A stretch of DNA of 64,000 nucleotides from Monocercomonoides exilis PA203 (taxonomy: Eukaryota > Protista > Preaxostyla): the NCBI GenBank assembly GCA_001643675.2, contig LSRY02000074.1:47511-111510 (forward strand). Direction: 5' to 3'. Numbering within the stretch: position 1 is the first letter of the stretch; each line of letters begins with the position of its first letter. The notes beneath the pieces are model-generated. The model was not told where the DNA came from. It searched no databases and worked only from the letters and a program-made list of their open reading frames with translations. The position numbers and the translations under genes are program-made. Below, one piece after another: positions 1-18,150 of this stretch.

Positions 1-265
1 ATGAGAAGAAGATGAGGAAGAAAGAGAGGAAGAAGATGTTGATGAAATAGCATTATGCAATGGATCCACAGTGAATGCAGCGTATGAGGAAGACGAAAGA
101 GCATCTGCACTTCCCTTTGGAATTGAAGCAGAAAGGCCGTTTTTGTTGATGATTGCCTGCATCTGCTCAATCTGCACCACAAGAAATGCTATTTGTGACT
201 GGAAACGCTGCTTCACATCATCCAGCTCTTCCTTCAGACAGCGCAGTTCTCGCTGTATTGATGAA

Positions 266-296
<31 letters not shown>

Positions 297-3200
297 GAGA
301 AAGAGAGAGGGAAAGAGAAAGAGAGGGAAAAGATGGAAGTAAGGTTGGAAGAATTGATAGTGATGAGAAGAATAAATTGAAAAGAGGAGTAAAAATAGAA
401 GGAGTATTAACAAAAGAATAGAAAATGAAAAATTGTCATAGAAAATTTGATAAAGGAAAAATAACTTTCTTAAATTCAATTTCATAAAAACTCTCCTTTT
501 CAGGACAAATATATATGTATCACAAAATAATGCTCTCTCTAACATTTATTTATTTTTCTTACACAAACCTCTCTTTCCCCCAGCATCACAATAGCTGTCT
601 CCATTCTCTTCTGTGCCTTCATTCTCTCCTCCTTCTCCTTCTCCCATTTTTCTGCTTTCCTTTCTGCCTCTGCCAGTTGTGTGTGAGTTGAAGCTAGTTC
701 ATTCTGAAGAGTCTGTCGTGTGTTTAATAGATCAACCAGACGAGACTCAAGAATCTGATTGGAGGGAGAGGAATGAGAAGAGAAGGAGGAGGAAGAAGGA
801 AAAGAGGAAGAAGAGGGAGAGAAGGAGAAAGAAGAAGAAGAAGAAGAAGGTTTGGAGAGAGAGAAGATGGAAGAAGAATTAGAAGAAGAAGAGGAGGAGG
901 AGGAAGATGATGAAGATGAATGAGCGAATAGAGTGGGAGGAGTAAGAGCAGAGGCAGAAGTGGCAGAGCGAAGGGAGTTAGAAGAGTCCTGCCGATGGAC
1001 AAGAGGAGGAGAACGTTGGCTGTGAATGGAATGAGATTGAGACTGAGATTGAGACTGAGATTGAGAAGAGAATGAATGCTGTGAAGAAGTCTGGGTGAGT
1101 GTGTGAGAAGGAGAAGGAGAAGAGGAGGAAGAGGAAGAGGAAGGAATTGATGGAGGCATTGGAATCTGAGAGAATGAAAGAACATCAACAGGAGAAGAAG
1201 GGGAAGAAGAGGAGGAGGAGGAAGAAGAAGAAGAATCAGAGAGAAGAGGAGAAGGAGGAGGGGAAGCAGAAGAAGGTGGAGGAGAAGAGGGAGGAGTGGT
1301 TGAGTTTGGAGAAGAGGAAGAGGAAGAAGAAGAAGAAGATGATGATGATGATGGCGACGAAGAAGAAGAAGAGGAAGAGGAAGTAGAAGGAGAAGAAGCA
1401 CCGAAGGGAGTGGGAGAGAATGGATGATATGGAATGAGTCCTGTCAGAAGACGTGTCTCTAATTCGAGTGTGCGCTGCTCAGATGAATACTTAAAGAGGA
1501 AGAGAAGATGGAGAAAATGAAAAGAAAGAAAAGAAATGACGTAAATAAATTAAATAAAGAAAATATAATTAAGAAAGAAAAATAAAGAAAATGGATAAAT
1601 CAAAATAAGATGGAATTTGGATTGAATTTTTGAATGGGATTACAAATATATAAATAAAATAAAATAAAACAAAACAAAAAAAATGTGAAAAGAATTCATA
1701 AAGAGGACATTAAATAAATGGATGAATGAACAAATGATATTATTCAATGAAATAAAAATGGAGATTAATAAAAGTTAAATCTCATCCATACCAAAGAATC
1801 CTTCAATTCCTGTATTTGTTTGGTGAGTGAGTTGATAATGTCATCTTTCTTGTCTGTCTCAGAAAGAGAAAGTGAAGGAGAAGGAGAAGGAGAAGGAGAA
1901 GGAGAAGAAGAAGAAGATGATGATGAAGTGTTTTCTTCTTTTGTGGTGAAATCTGTTGAATTAACTGATTTAGATGGAGTTGATGGAAATGTCTAACAAA
2001 TACGACAGAAGTTTCATAAACACAAAGAAATCATAAGAAATGATAAAATAAGAAGAGAAAGCAGATTATTATTGTTATTATAAATAATTATAAACAGATG
2101 TTGAATAAAAAAATAAGATATGAGAAGATAAAAAGAATTAGATTCATTCAATACAAATGCATACAGTTCCTTCTTCTTTTGCTTCAACAAATGACTTTGC
2201 TTCTTCTGTCTCTTTTTGAATAAAATCGTCTTCTTTCATTGATTTCTCTTTCTCTCCTTCTCCTTCCTTCTCCTTCTCCTTCTCTTTCTCTTTCTCTTCT
2301 TTCTCTCTTTCTCTCTCTCCCCTCTCCTTCTCCCTCTCCTCCTCCATCTCTTTGCATTTCTTTTCCATTTCCTCTGCTTTCTTCTTCACATTCTTCAGTT
2401 CCATTTCTATTTCTCCTTTTTCTTCATTCAACTTTGCTATTTCTTCCTCTTTGCTCTCAACTTCTCCTGTCAGCCGCATCACCTCCATTGCCAATCCGAT
2501 CTCACTCCTCTTCTCTTCTTCTTCTTCTAATTCTTCTCCTTCTTCTTTCTCTTCTCTCTCTTCTTCCTCTTCTCCTTTTTTCTTTTCTTTCTTCGTTCTT
2601 TTGTCACTTTCAAAATCTGCTTTTTCTTCTTCAACTTTTCCATTTTTTGCATGAGTTTTTTGTTCTTCCTCTAATAAACCTTGCATTTCTTCTTCTTCTT
2701 CTTCTTTCTTTTCTCCTCTTTCCATGCTTTCATATTCTTTCTGTAGAGAATTTTTCTTTATTCCTCCATTTCCTCCATTTCCTCTTCTTCCTTCTCTTCC
2801 TTCTCTTCCTCTTCCTCCTCCTTCTTGTTTCTCTTCCCTCTCTTCCAACTCTTCCATTCTCCTCTCCATCCTCTTCTTCTCTCTTTCCCATTCAAACGAC
2901 CGCTCCAAATGCTCTGCACGCTCTTTGCTGATCTGTTGGCTCAGCCGGCGCGCTTCGGCCTTGCTGCTCCTCTGATTGAACAAGCAATGAGCATGTTTTA
3001 ATATCACAAAATACAAAAAGAAGTCAAATATATAAATGATATTTCAAATTTTTATATTTGGATAAAAGATTAATTCGAAATAATATTTTTTTTTCCAAAC
3101 AAAAATGGGTAAATGAAAAGAGCAATCGAAAGAAGAAATAACAACAAAAGTGCAAATGACAAAATATTTTTACAAACATGATCACTTTCCATTTTCTCCA

Positions 3201-3887
3201 ACTTCAGTCTCAGTATTTCTATTTCTTCAGAAAGGGAATTCTTTTCTGAAATTAATTTTTGGATAGTGTTTTTAAGTTCTTCCTTTTCTTGACTTTCGTG
3301 CTTCAGTTCTTCGCGCTTCAGCAATTTTTGTTCTTCTTTTTCTTGTTCCGATTTTCGTAAACGCTCTGTAACCTCGCGTGCAACATCAATTGATTCACGC
3401 AATTTCTTTCTTTGTTCGTTCAATTCCTTTTGTAGCTGTTCGTTTTGTTTTTCTTCATTCATTAGCTTTGATTGACAATCAGCAAGAGAGTTATTAGTTT
3501 TCTGAAGGAGTTCTCGTTCTTTCAAAAGCAAGGCAATCTTTTTCTGCTCTTCACCTAATCTTCCACTAAACTCCTTTCGAAGTTCTTCAAATTTTTTCTG
3601 TGTTTCTTCCGCTACAGGAGCATGTGCAAGTTTCTCTTGGCAAATTGACAAAGAAGACCTTTCCAGAAAAATAAATCATGATTTTTTTCATTAAAAAAAC
3701 TAAAAGCTAAATACTGCAATTCCTGTTTCTCTTTTTGAAGTGCTTCAACGTTGGATTCTGCCTTTGACAAGTCAGAAGATATTTTTTTAATTTGTTCTTC
3801 TCTTTGCCGAAGCTCTGATGTAAGACGAGAAAATACCGTAGAATTTATATTTATTGTAGCTTGTTGTGGAGGGGACTTTTCTGACAT
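1..3887 (-). CDS. TMF1/Sgm1-like golgin-type coiled-coil protein, multi-exon, runs off the window start
   Basis: Hand-spliced GT-AG exons ~3887-3715, 3658-~3179, ~2972-2165, 1992-1792, ~1490-569 and 252-<1 join in frame where checked. The protein is mostly coiled coil with Ser-rich linkers. The spliced C-terminus METAIVMLGERE|RELRCLKEELDDVKQRFQSQI resembles the TMF_TATA_bd motif (LGEK.EEVEEL..D..DLK.MY..Q). Confidence 0.55.
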
Positions 3888-4086
3888 ATTTGTCTTTGAT
3901 TTTAAAATAAAAACTACACAAAAAAGATAAAAAAATAACCGATCTTTTCTCTAATAAAAATTGTAAAGGTTCTAATAACACAAAAACTTGTAAAAAAAAA
4001 TAAACTCTAAAATCACTAATAAATATTTGTAATTAAACAGGCATCTCATGATGACTTTCGCTTGTATTAATTGGTTTGTATTCATT

Positions 4087-5057
4087 CTGCTTTAAGTGGC
4101 AACTAAATTGTCTGTAAGAATAAGCAATGCAAAATTGTGCTTTAAAAACGATAAATTTCAAAAAAAACAGCTGCAATAAGAGTGTACAAACCAGCATAAT
4201 ATGTGATCATAACAATGTAGCTTCTAAGTGCTACTCCTTTTGGCAGGCACATGCCAAAAACAAGAACAGTGTCAGAAATATAAAAAAGTAATGATCCAAA
4301 AACTCCAATTGATCGACAAGTTCTATCACAACGCAAACAAGAAAATGTTTTGAAATAAAAATTTAGCAAATACAAACTGACATCGTGCAGGCTCATTGGG
4401 AATCAGCATCATTGTCATTACCAATCCACCTTCAACAATAAAATATATAATGACAAATGGAATAAACAAGGCAGGTTGTTTAAAATATCTGAGGTTGATG
4501 AACATTTGAATTACAGCAAATGACACAACGGCAATAGCACCAAGAATAATTTTGTGGATATGAGGAAAAGGTTTTGTTGGGAAGAATGCAATAATATAAA
4601 ATACATGTCCCGTCAAAAAGGAAACTGTTCCAAAGCCAAGGAAAATAATTCCTTCAAAAAGAAGCAAGATGTCACCAAGAGCTCCAAATGCTATACCAAG
4701 TAATATCAATGCTTTGAAAAATTGAAAAAAATTAACAATTAAAAAAAGAAGAAAAAGAAGAATTCAAACGTTTAAATCTCTTTGGTTGGGCTGTTTGCTG
4801 CACAGGGCAAGGAAGGAGCTTGTCCCATAAAAACCAAACAAGAGGTATCAATAATAACAGCGGTATTGCTTTTGTCGCTGCGCGAAGAGCAAAAATATTC
4901 AATTCCGCACCAACAAGATAGCAAACTTCAAAAGAAAAGAGAACTTTCATAAAAATATGATTAAATTTTTAATAATAAAACTTGCTAAAATAAGTTGAAC
5001 AGCATAGATTACAACAGTTATCACAAAATATTGTTTTTTATTTTGATCGATTGTCAT
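4087..5057 (-). CDS. YhhN/TMEM86 (lysoplasmalogenase-like) membrane protein, multi-exon
   Basis: Family motifs ATKAIP, FGALGDILLL, SFLTGHVFYI, GSLLFYISDTVL and ITYYAG are present. ATG at 5057 plus intron 4981-4944 extends the ORF. A GTTTGT...ATAG intron joins ORFs 4326-4709 and 4142-4396. The 3' end is approximate. Confidence 0.8.
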
Positions 5058-6469
5058 GTTTTCAGTTATATATTTGATCAATTATTTTTTTTCGACTGTC
5101 AAAAAATGATTGTTGTGATATACGAACATCATTTGTTGTGATTATTCTCTCTCTTTCTCTCTCTTTAAACTTCTGTTATTGAATTATGATTATTATTTTT
5201 GAATTCGACCTCAAAGTGTTTTGAGTTTTGTTTTTTTTAATTTGATTCGGAAATAATATTCTCAAAAAAATGAAATAGAAAATGAAAATGGGTTAATTTT
5301 ATCAGCTTAGTGATTGAAAATAGAATAATAAAGTATCGAACATATTCAAAGATTTGTAACAAATTTTTTATTAAAAAGTATCATTACCAACAGAGAACAC
5401 GTTACGCAAAACGAATACTAGAGAAAAACACTTAAATATTTGTGACAAATTGCAGAGTGCGAAAGCATTAATCAACCCGTAAAATAAAAAAAACAAACAA
5501 AATCAACAATAAACACATTATTTTTATTAATTTTATTTTGATTTTTATTTTGATTTTGATTATTATTATTTCGAAAACATTTATGAAACAGATGAAAGTG
5601 GAAAAAAAAATAAATTTATACCAAACTTTTTAACAAAATTTCCAAAAACTTCCAAAAAATGGTGAAATTATTGCATCATATGCTAAAAAAAATCGCAAAC
5701 AGCAAAACTTTGATGCTAATCTATAAAATTCCTTTCTTTTTGTCAAAAGAAATTTTAAATTCAAAAAAAAAGAAAAGAAAAAAAGAAATTAAAAAAAGAA
5801 ATTATTTTTTTTTCTCAGATTATTTAACCAACAAGAAGAATAATTGACAAATCAAACAGAAAGAATAAAATAATAAGAAGATTGCAGAATAATGAAAACA
5901 GTTATCAAAAAAAAAAAAAAAAAAAAAAAAATAAATAATGTGTAAATATTTAAATATTAACTTAAGAAAATACATCCAAAACAAATAATATGTAATTGAA
6001 AGGAAAAAGAAAAATTTTATTTTAACTTTTTTTTAATTTTATTATTCGAATTTCAGAAATAAATAAAAATTTAATTAAATTCAAACAAAACAAAATGAAA
6101 TAAAAAAGAAAAAAAAAATGAAATAATTTTGTGAGAGTTGATTTAAATGACTTTGACAAAGCAACAAAGAAAGAGTAAAAAGATAATGCAACAGATAATA
6201 TTTGTCATTCAACATACAAAACAAGAATTAAAGAACATAAAAAGAAAGAGAGAAAGAATAAAGAGAAAGAGAAAGAATAAAGAGAAAGAGAAAAGAAAAG
6301 TAAAAATCAAACAATAATAGAAGAAGAAGAAGAAGAAGAAGAAAATAATGATGATGCAGAAGAAGAAATAGAAGAAGAAATAGAAATTTGATGTTAACAT
6401 TATTTCTTTCACACAAACTATCTCAATCCCCAAAAAAATTAAACACATAAAAAAATTAAAAAAAAGAAA

Positions 6470-6470
<1 letters not shown>

Positions 6471-6500
<30 letters not shown>

Positions 6501-6568
6501 AAGAAGAAGAAGAAGAAGAAGAAGAAGAAGAAGAAGAAGAAGAAGAAGAAGAAGAAGAAGAAGAAGAT
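6471..6568. repeat. (GAA)n microsatellite
   Basis: About 32 uninterrupted GAA units, seen directly. Confidence 0.95.
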
Positions 6569-6892
6569 AAAAAGAAATAAGATATTCCAAATATTCAATG
6601 AACATATTTGCATCATCATTATCATCATAATCATAACCATCATAATCAGAAGACATCATTAACAATAATATTTCTATTACTCCATTCATAAAACATGCTT
6701 TCCAAATTGATTCAGAGCAGAAAGAAAGAAAGAAAGGCAATGATAAAATGTAATGATGATGAATGATTAATAAACCATAATTAACAATTCATAATTAGCA
6801 ACCAATAATTCATAATTCATAATTCTAAATTCATAATCCAAATAATACTCCATTCAAAAAAAATTTATAAAAAAATCTCTTCAACAAAAATG

Positions 6893-6986
6893 AGAGAGAA
6901 AGAGAAAGAGAAAGAGAGAAAGAGAGAAAGAGAGAAAGAGAGAAAGAGAGAAAGAGAGAAAGAGAGAAAGAGAGAAAGAGAGAAAG
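6893..6986. repeat. (AGAGAGAA)n purine tandem repeat
   Basis: 8-mer tandem array downstream of the kinase. A related 12-mer array lies in a kinase intron at ~10209-10310. Confidence 0.85.
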
Positions 6987-7257
6987 AAATAGAAATGTTC
7001 CAATAAAACTATTTCGTTTCATTCAACAATTGATGCAATTCTAACATTTTCTCCCTTTCCTTTTTCGTCCAATATAAAATCCATCATGTTTATTTGACAA
7101 TATGTTAATATGAATATGAATATTGTATTTATTTCATTGTATTTTATTTTATTTAACCTCTGATAATGCAATATTCATTTAATTATCATTCTTCTCCATC
7201 TTCTCTTCTCTTTTCTTCTTCTTCTTCTTTCTCTTTCTCTTTCTCTTTCTCTTTCTC

Positions 7258-11519
<4,262 letters not shown>

Positions 11520-12548
11520 CTTTTATTTTGAAAGAGACGCCGAAAGTATCAAATGAGTGATCCAACTTCCATTATTGTTTAAAATCTTTATTGTTTTTGT
11601 TTCAAGACGTTTCTTATTTTTTTTTTCCTTTTCTTTTCAATTGCGATTTGAAAGCCTACAAAAAACGTTGATGAAAATTGTTTGCGTTCATGACTTTTGA
11701 ATTTTATTTCTTTGAAAGAAAAACAACTTTTTTTGTAGAAGAATGTTTTTCACAATAAAATAAAAAGTAAAACATAACAAATATTTCGAATAAAATATTA
11801 AATTGACCTTTCAGTTCAAAATAATCATCAGACGAATATTTTTTTTTGTTATTTAAAACATATTTAGGAAAATACTTCCATATTGAAAATTTAAAATCCT
11901 ATCTCATTCTTCTCTCCAATTCTCCGCTCTCTCAATAAACTCGTTGCTCCTCATCAACGCTCCTGCAGAAAAAAAAAGGCAAAACTCTTGATTTTATCCA
12001 TGGATTCAACTGGAATGCAAACATTTCCCACTTCATCCATTTCTTTGTTCTTCAATCATCTTTTTGAAATGCACTTGTACCATCTCTTCAAACTCCTCAT
12101 TTTTTGGAAGAAGCATTTTGATTGTTTTCTTACAAAAATAATTTTAATAAGAAAAAAAAAAATTGATAAAAAATGTTTGATTTGCTTCAATACAGTTTTA
12201 TATTTTGACGTGAAACGTTTCAATGAATATGAAATTCCAATGGCTCCAAACGTGCTTTCGAACGAACTGCTCCAAAATGCTCGCACACAAACACCTCCCT
12301 CTCTTCACCTCTTTCTTTCTTGCAGCTCAACAAAGCACTCAATAACAACAGAATGATGGACTCTTTGTCAAAAGCACACAACAGTCAAATAAAGAAAAGA
12401 TAAAAGAATGCACTATATAATTTCTTCTTAATAAAAAAAGAAAGAAAAAAGGATGTTGAAGAAGAAGAAGAAGAAGAAGAAAACAAAAACAAAAACAAAA
12501 ATGAAATAGATATTCCATTCTTGCTGTTTTGCATCTTCCATCTTGCAC

Positions 12549-15500
12549 TTAGTTCATCTTCTTCTCCATCACAAACATCTGCAGCATCCGGTGTGTCACA
12601 ATGAACCCACCAAACACGTTGATCGACGCCAGGAACACTGACACCGCCCCAACACAGAAGCACACCCCCAGGAACGGCGCTGTCAGCTCCACAATTCCTC
12701 CGCAGATGATGATCCCAGACACCGCATTCGTCACCGACATCAGCGGCGTGTGCAGCGACGGCGTCACATTCCAGATCACCATGAACCCAATGTAGATCGC
12801 AAACACAAAGATCACAATCAGGTTCAGCATCTCCGTCGTCATGAACACCGCCAGAATCAGAATCCCCACCACAAACACCACAAACAGCGTCCACTTGAAG
12901 TAGAAGAACCATCCCTTCGACTTCTTCTCCTCTTCTCCTCCTGCTGGCGCATGCAATGATTGCTCCTCTTTCTTCTCTGTTGTTGTTGCTGCTGCTGCCA
13001 CTGGTGCTGCTGGTGTGGCTGGCTTTGCTGCTCCTGCTGCTGCTGCTCCGGCTGGCTTCTTCTGTGCCGTCACCGAAACTGGCTTCCTGTTCGGATCCCA
13101 TCGGATCTTCCCCTGGATCACACACAGCGACCCATAGATGATCTCGTTCTTCTCATCCACCGAGAAGTTCTGCGCCTTCCCCATCTCGTCCAGCAGGTGG
13201 CACAGGTTGTTCGAGTACATCGTCGATGCCTGCGTCGCCATCTTCCCCACCAGATCGGTCTCTCCCACAATCTTCACGCCGTTCGACACATCAATCGTCT
13301 TCCCAGGCACTGTCAGCTCGCAGTTCCCTCCCGTCTCTGCCGCCAGATCCACAATCACCGACCCTGCCTTCATCTTCGACACCGCCTCTGCCGTCACCAG
13401 CACCGGCGCCTTCTTGTTCGGGATCTGCGCCGTCGTGATGATGATGTCCACCTCTTCCGCCTGCCGCGTGAACAGCGCTATCTCCTCACGCACATACGCC
13501 TCCGACATCGCCTTCGAGTATCCTCCCGCCACTTCTCCGTCCTCCTTCACACTCACCGTCAGGAACTCTCCCCCCATCGACTCTATCTGCTCCTGCACCG
13601 CCACACGCGAGTCAAACGCCCGCACAATCGCTCCCAGCCCCTTCGCTGCTCCAATCGCTGCCAGCCCAGCCACACCCGCCCCAACAATCAGCACCTTCGC
13701 CGGCTTCACCGACCCCGCTGCCGTGATCTGCCCTGTCATGTACCGCGGGAAATACGACGCCGCCTCAATCACTGCTCGGTATCCCGAGATCCCGGCCATC
13801 GACGACAGCACATCGCACTTCTGCGCACGCGAGATACGCGGAATCTGGTCCATCGCAATCGCCGTCACCCCTGCCTTCTCCATCTCCTTCATCACCTCCC
13901 CATTCCGCGCCGGGTACAGGTACGACAGAATCACTGTCCCCTGCCGCATCAGCTGGCACTCGTTCACCTTGTACACCGGGTGCTCCTGCGGCGGACGCAC
14001 CTTCAGCACAATCTCTGCCTTCTTGTACAGCTCCTCCGCATTCGGGCAGATCGTCGCCCCAACCTTCACATAGTCCTCGTCGCTGAACCGCGAGTGCTCT
14101 CCTGCCCCGCTCTCAATGTACACTCCAAAGCCCATCTTCCTCATCCACACAACAGACTCCGGCGTCGCTGCCACACGCCTCTCCCCTCCAAACACCTCCT
14201 TCGGCACCCCCACAAAGTGCACCGGATCAGGGAACTTCTCCTGCGTCTGGTATCCTGCCTTCTCCTCCTGCTTCAGCGGCGTCGTCTCGTCCACCTTCGG
14301 CGCTGCTGCTGCCACCGCCGACGAGTCTCCCAGGATCCCCGTCAGGTTCGCCAGCATCTTCTCGCACACCGCCAGCGCATTCCCATACAGCATCCGCGTG
14401 TTCTCTTTGTAGAACAGCGGGTTCTCCACACCCGCATATCCTGTTCCCTTCCCTCTCTTGATCACTATCACGTTCTTCGCCTTCCAGCACTCCACCACCG
14501 GCATCCCTGCAATCGGCGAGTTCGGGTCGTCCAGCGCTGACGGGTTCACAATGTCGTTCGCTCCAAGCACAATCGCCAGATCTGTCGACGGGAAGTCGGG
14601 GTTGATCTTCTCCATCTCCATCACAATGTCATACGGCACACGCGCCTCTGCCAGCAGCACATTCATGTGCCCCGGCAGACGCCCGGCCACTGGATGCACT
14701 GCAAACCGCAGGTTGCACCCGTGCTTCCTCATCAGCTTCGTGATCGCTGCCACTGCATGCTGCGCCTTTCCCGCTGCCATCCCATACCCCGGCACAATGA
14801 TAATCGACTTCGACTTCGCCACCAGCTGCGCTGCATCCATCGGCTGGATCTCCTTCATCTCTCCCTCCACTGCTGCTGCCGCCGCTGCTCCTCCTGCCCC
14901 TTCTCCAAACCCGCCCAGAATCACAGAGATGAACGACCGGTTCATCGCCCGGCACATGATGTACGACAGGATCGCACCCGACGACCCCACCAGCGCCCCC
15001 GTCACCACCATCACCATGTTGCTCAGCATCAGCCCCGACATCGCCGTCGCCCACCCGCTGTACGAGTTCAGCATCGATATCACCACCGGCATGTCTGCTC
15101 CCCCGATCGCCATGATCAGCACCACCCCCAGCACCAGAGACAGCACCGTCCCCACCGTCAGGTTCATCAGGTCCCACCCCCACGACAGCCCATACATGTA
15201 CAGCATCATGCACACCAAAGAGATCCCAATGATGCCCCCGTTGATCCACATCCGGTACTTCCCCCCAAACATGTACGGCTTCGACGGCACCTTCCCGTTC
15301 AGCTTCCCAAACGCAATCAGCGACCCCGTGAACGTCACTGCCCCAATGAAGATCCCCAGGAAGCACTCCAGCCGCTGCAGCCCCACGTTGAACGTCCCTT
15401 CCGCATGCTCGTCGTTGAAGAAGCTCCCGTACCCAATCAGCGTCGCCGCCAGCCCCACAAACGAGTGCAGGCACGCAATCAGCTCCGGCATCGCCGTCAT

Positions 15501-16161
15501 CACCACACGCAGCGCCACATACACCCCGATCGACGCTCCCGGGATAATCATCAGCACAATCGTCCCCAGAATCTTCCAGATGTCTGCCCCCTTCGCTGTC
15601 GCATCGTGCCACGCATCAACCGTCGCCAGCGCCACGCCAAACATCATCCCAATCACGCCGTACCAGTTTCCTTTCTTCGCACTCTCCTGGTTGCTCAATC
15701 CGCTGAATTGAACCATTCACCATTTTTTTTCATTAACATTGTTCGTGTTTCGTGTTTCGTGTGTCCAGATGCAGAACAGCCCACACGTGCAAATCGTTCG
15801 CAGGATGCGTTTGTTTCGCCAGGTTCGTCGATTGAAGGAGGCGTTTTTATCATTTGTTGGTTGTTTGGTTGTTTGTTCGAGTCGCCACAAAAGTCAGCAC
15901 AGAACACAAACCACAGCCGCGCCGCACGCCACACCACCCCCAAGCGCAAGCACACAAGAAAAGACACAAAAAACAACAAAATGAATTTCAGCCCAAACAC
16001 GCCCCCACCAGCCCCAAAGAGCTGCCGAAGGCGCTAAACACCACAGCCACACACCTCAGCGTCATGATGAAAAACAGCGCCGCAATCATGTACCCTGCCA
16101 TGATCACGTTGCCGTAGTTCCACTCTTGCTCCGCCGTTTCTGCCAATACTTGTGCAAGCAT
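12549..16161 (-). CDS. NNT: Proton-translocating NAD(P)+ transhydrogenase, single-chain beta-linker-alpha fusion; 2 exons (16161-16055, 15702-12549)
   Basis: Beta motifs VPGYGMAAGKAQH and HPVAGRLPGHMNVLLAEA. Alpha motifs GERRVAATP, RISRAQKCDVLSSM, GAGVAGLAAIG and LHTPLMSVTNAVSG. Removing GTGTGT...CAG intron 16054-15703 gives YMIAALFFIMTLSGLSNQESAKKGN, matching the PntB first helix. Confidence 0.95.
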
Positions 16162-17608
16162 TTTGATCCTTTCAAACAAAGATCCAAACAATTTCGCCCC
16201 TTCCGCCCCGCCCCTCCCATACTCCAACTCCTTCATCCAATATTTTTTTCTGTTTTTTCTGTTCCACCATATCCTGTTAACTGAGCATGCCGCACAGCCT
16301 GTGCTGCTTCTTGTGGTGTTGTGAGTGTTTTGTGTTTTGTTGGGAACAATTGCACGTGAGTGTGGGCGTGATGATCATTCTGATCAAGAGAACAAAAGAA
16401 AATGGACTTTTCTCGATATGCGATGGCTGACGGGTGCAGAAAGTGTGGTGGCACCTTTTTTGTTAATTTATGAGTGGAATGGAAGGGACAAGGGAATTGT
16501 GAAATTTGAGGAGAAAAGGAAGAGTGAATTATTGTTGTTCATGAAAAAGGCGCAGCACTTTGTTTGGTGGGCAGGCAATTGCATTTTCTTAGAGCCCGTA
16601 GATGTCGCGAATCAGCCTCGTTTGCCAAGCTGCGCACTTTTCAGTGCTTTTCGTCTTATTGAAGAAGATGGCCTTGCATCGACAAAGGGCATCGGCGAGT
16701 TTGAGCCATCAAGCAAATAAGTTGGAGGATCGTGGGGAAAGGCAAAGAAGCCCTTTTCGATGGAGTATTAAAGTCAAGCTTTGTGGGAAACAAACAAACG
16801 TTTTCTTGGCCACTTCATCTGTTCTCAGACAGCCAAGTCGTTATTCCGTGCGAATGAAGAGCAAACGATTTTGTTGGATATGAAAACAAAGTGGCATCGG
16901 AACAACGGACATTTGAGGAATGGTTAGTGCTCCAGTTGCAGTGCAAGGCAAGGAAAGGCAAGGCAAGAAGAGCATCAATGAAAAGAGGAAAAAGGAGAAA
17001 AGCATAAATAGAGATGGAAAGAGATCGGTGGAGGCAGCAGAGCAATTATGAAACGTCCTTGACAAATGAAACGATCAGTATTTGTGTGAAAGCGAAGGAG
17101 AAACAGAAGAAACAGGGAAAAAAAAAGAGGGGATAACAAGGAAATATGGCATGCTTGGATGCGAGAGTTGGAGGGGAACTGGTGATTGACGGGTTTGGAA
17201 GGAGCGAGAGAGGATCATCTTCGGCTTCTTCTGCGATGGGGAAAGGGTGTGAGAGCAAGAGCGATGAAAGAGAAGGGAAAGGGGGCAATTTGAGTGAAAA
17301 GGGAAGGATGGACTTTGCGATGTGATGGATGAAGCAGACGCCCCCACGCAACTTGAGGAGGCAAAGGCAATGAACAGGAAGGCGAAGGATGATCGCAGCA
17401 AAGAGGAAGAAGAGAGCAAGAGGAGCTTTTTGGTTGGTGATTGGAAGGCAGGCAGATGCGAAAAGATGAGGGAGAGCAGCGAGTCGTGATTTGTCTCTGT
17501 TCTTCTGTGAGCATTCTGAATTTGTTGACTTGAATCTTTGGCATCCTCGGTGCATTTGCTGTTGTATTCTGCGCATGAAATGCTGGCCAAGGGATTCAAC
17601 AGCAAACC

Positions 17609-17690
17609 CTTCTCCTTCACCTTCTCCTTCTCCTTCTCCTTCTCCTTCTCCTTCTCCTTCTCCTTCTCCTTCTCCTTCACCTTCACCTTC
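17609..17690. repeat. (CCTTCT)n hexamer tandem repeat
   Basis: Seen directly; it produces the spurious GE/EK/SP ORFs in this region. Confidence 0.85.
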
Positions 17691-18150
17691 ACATTTGCCT
17701 CCTCTTGCCAAGATGTTGAGATTTGCATGGGATGGAGGGAAACAGAGTAATCAGCAGAAAACGAGCGGATTGGCGCAAACGAACAAATCAGAAGAATGGT
17801 TTACGAAAAGCACTGACAGAAGGGAAGAATGGTGAATTTTTGGTGGAGCCTTTTCGAATTGAAGGGAAGAGACAAGCCAAACAATGAAGATGCTTTGTGA
17901 AGAAAAGAAACCACTTGAGCAGATTTTTTTTTTTTTCAGCATCAATTTTGTTTCAAATTTTTCATTTCATTTTCTTTTCCATGTTAATGATCAAGAGATT
18001 TTGAAATGAAAATTGAACAATAAAAACATTTTCAAAATAACACAAGAATGCCAAAATTTTTAACAGAAAGTCAAATTCTTTAAAAAACAACAAAAAACAA
18101 GAATTATAATTAAAAATTCTGACTAAATCAAAATAAACAGATTGGTATTT

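Noticed and set aside
12601-16037. Long + strand ORFs (526, 311, 417, 456 aa)
   Set aside because: Antisense shadows of the GC-rich NNT coding sequence.
16325-17850. Possible gene upstream of NNT
   Set aside because: Only short overlapping ORFs driven by a hexamer repeat; no motif or consistent splice model.
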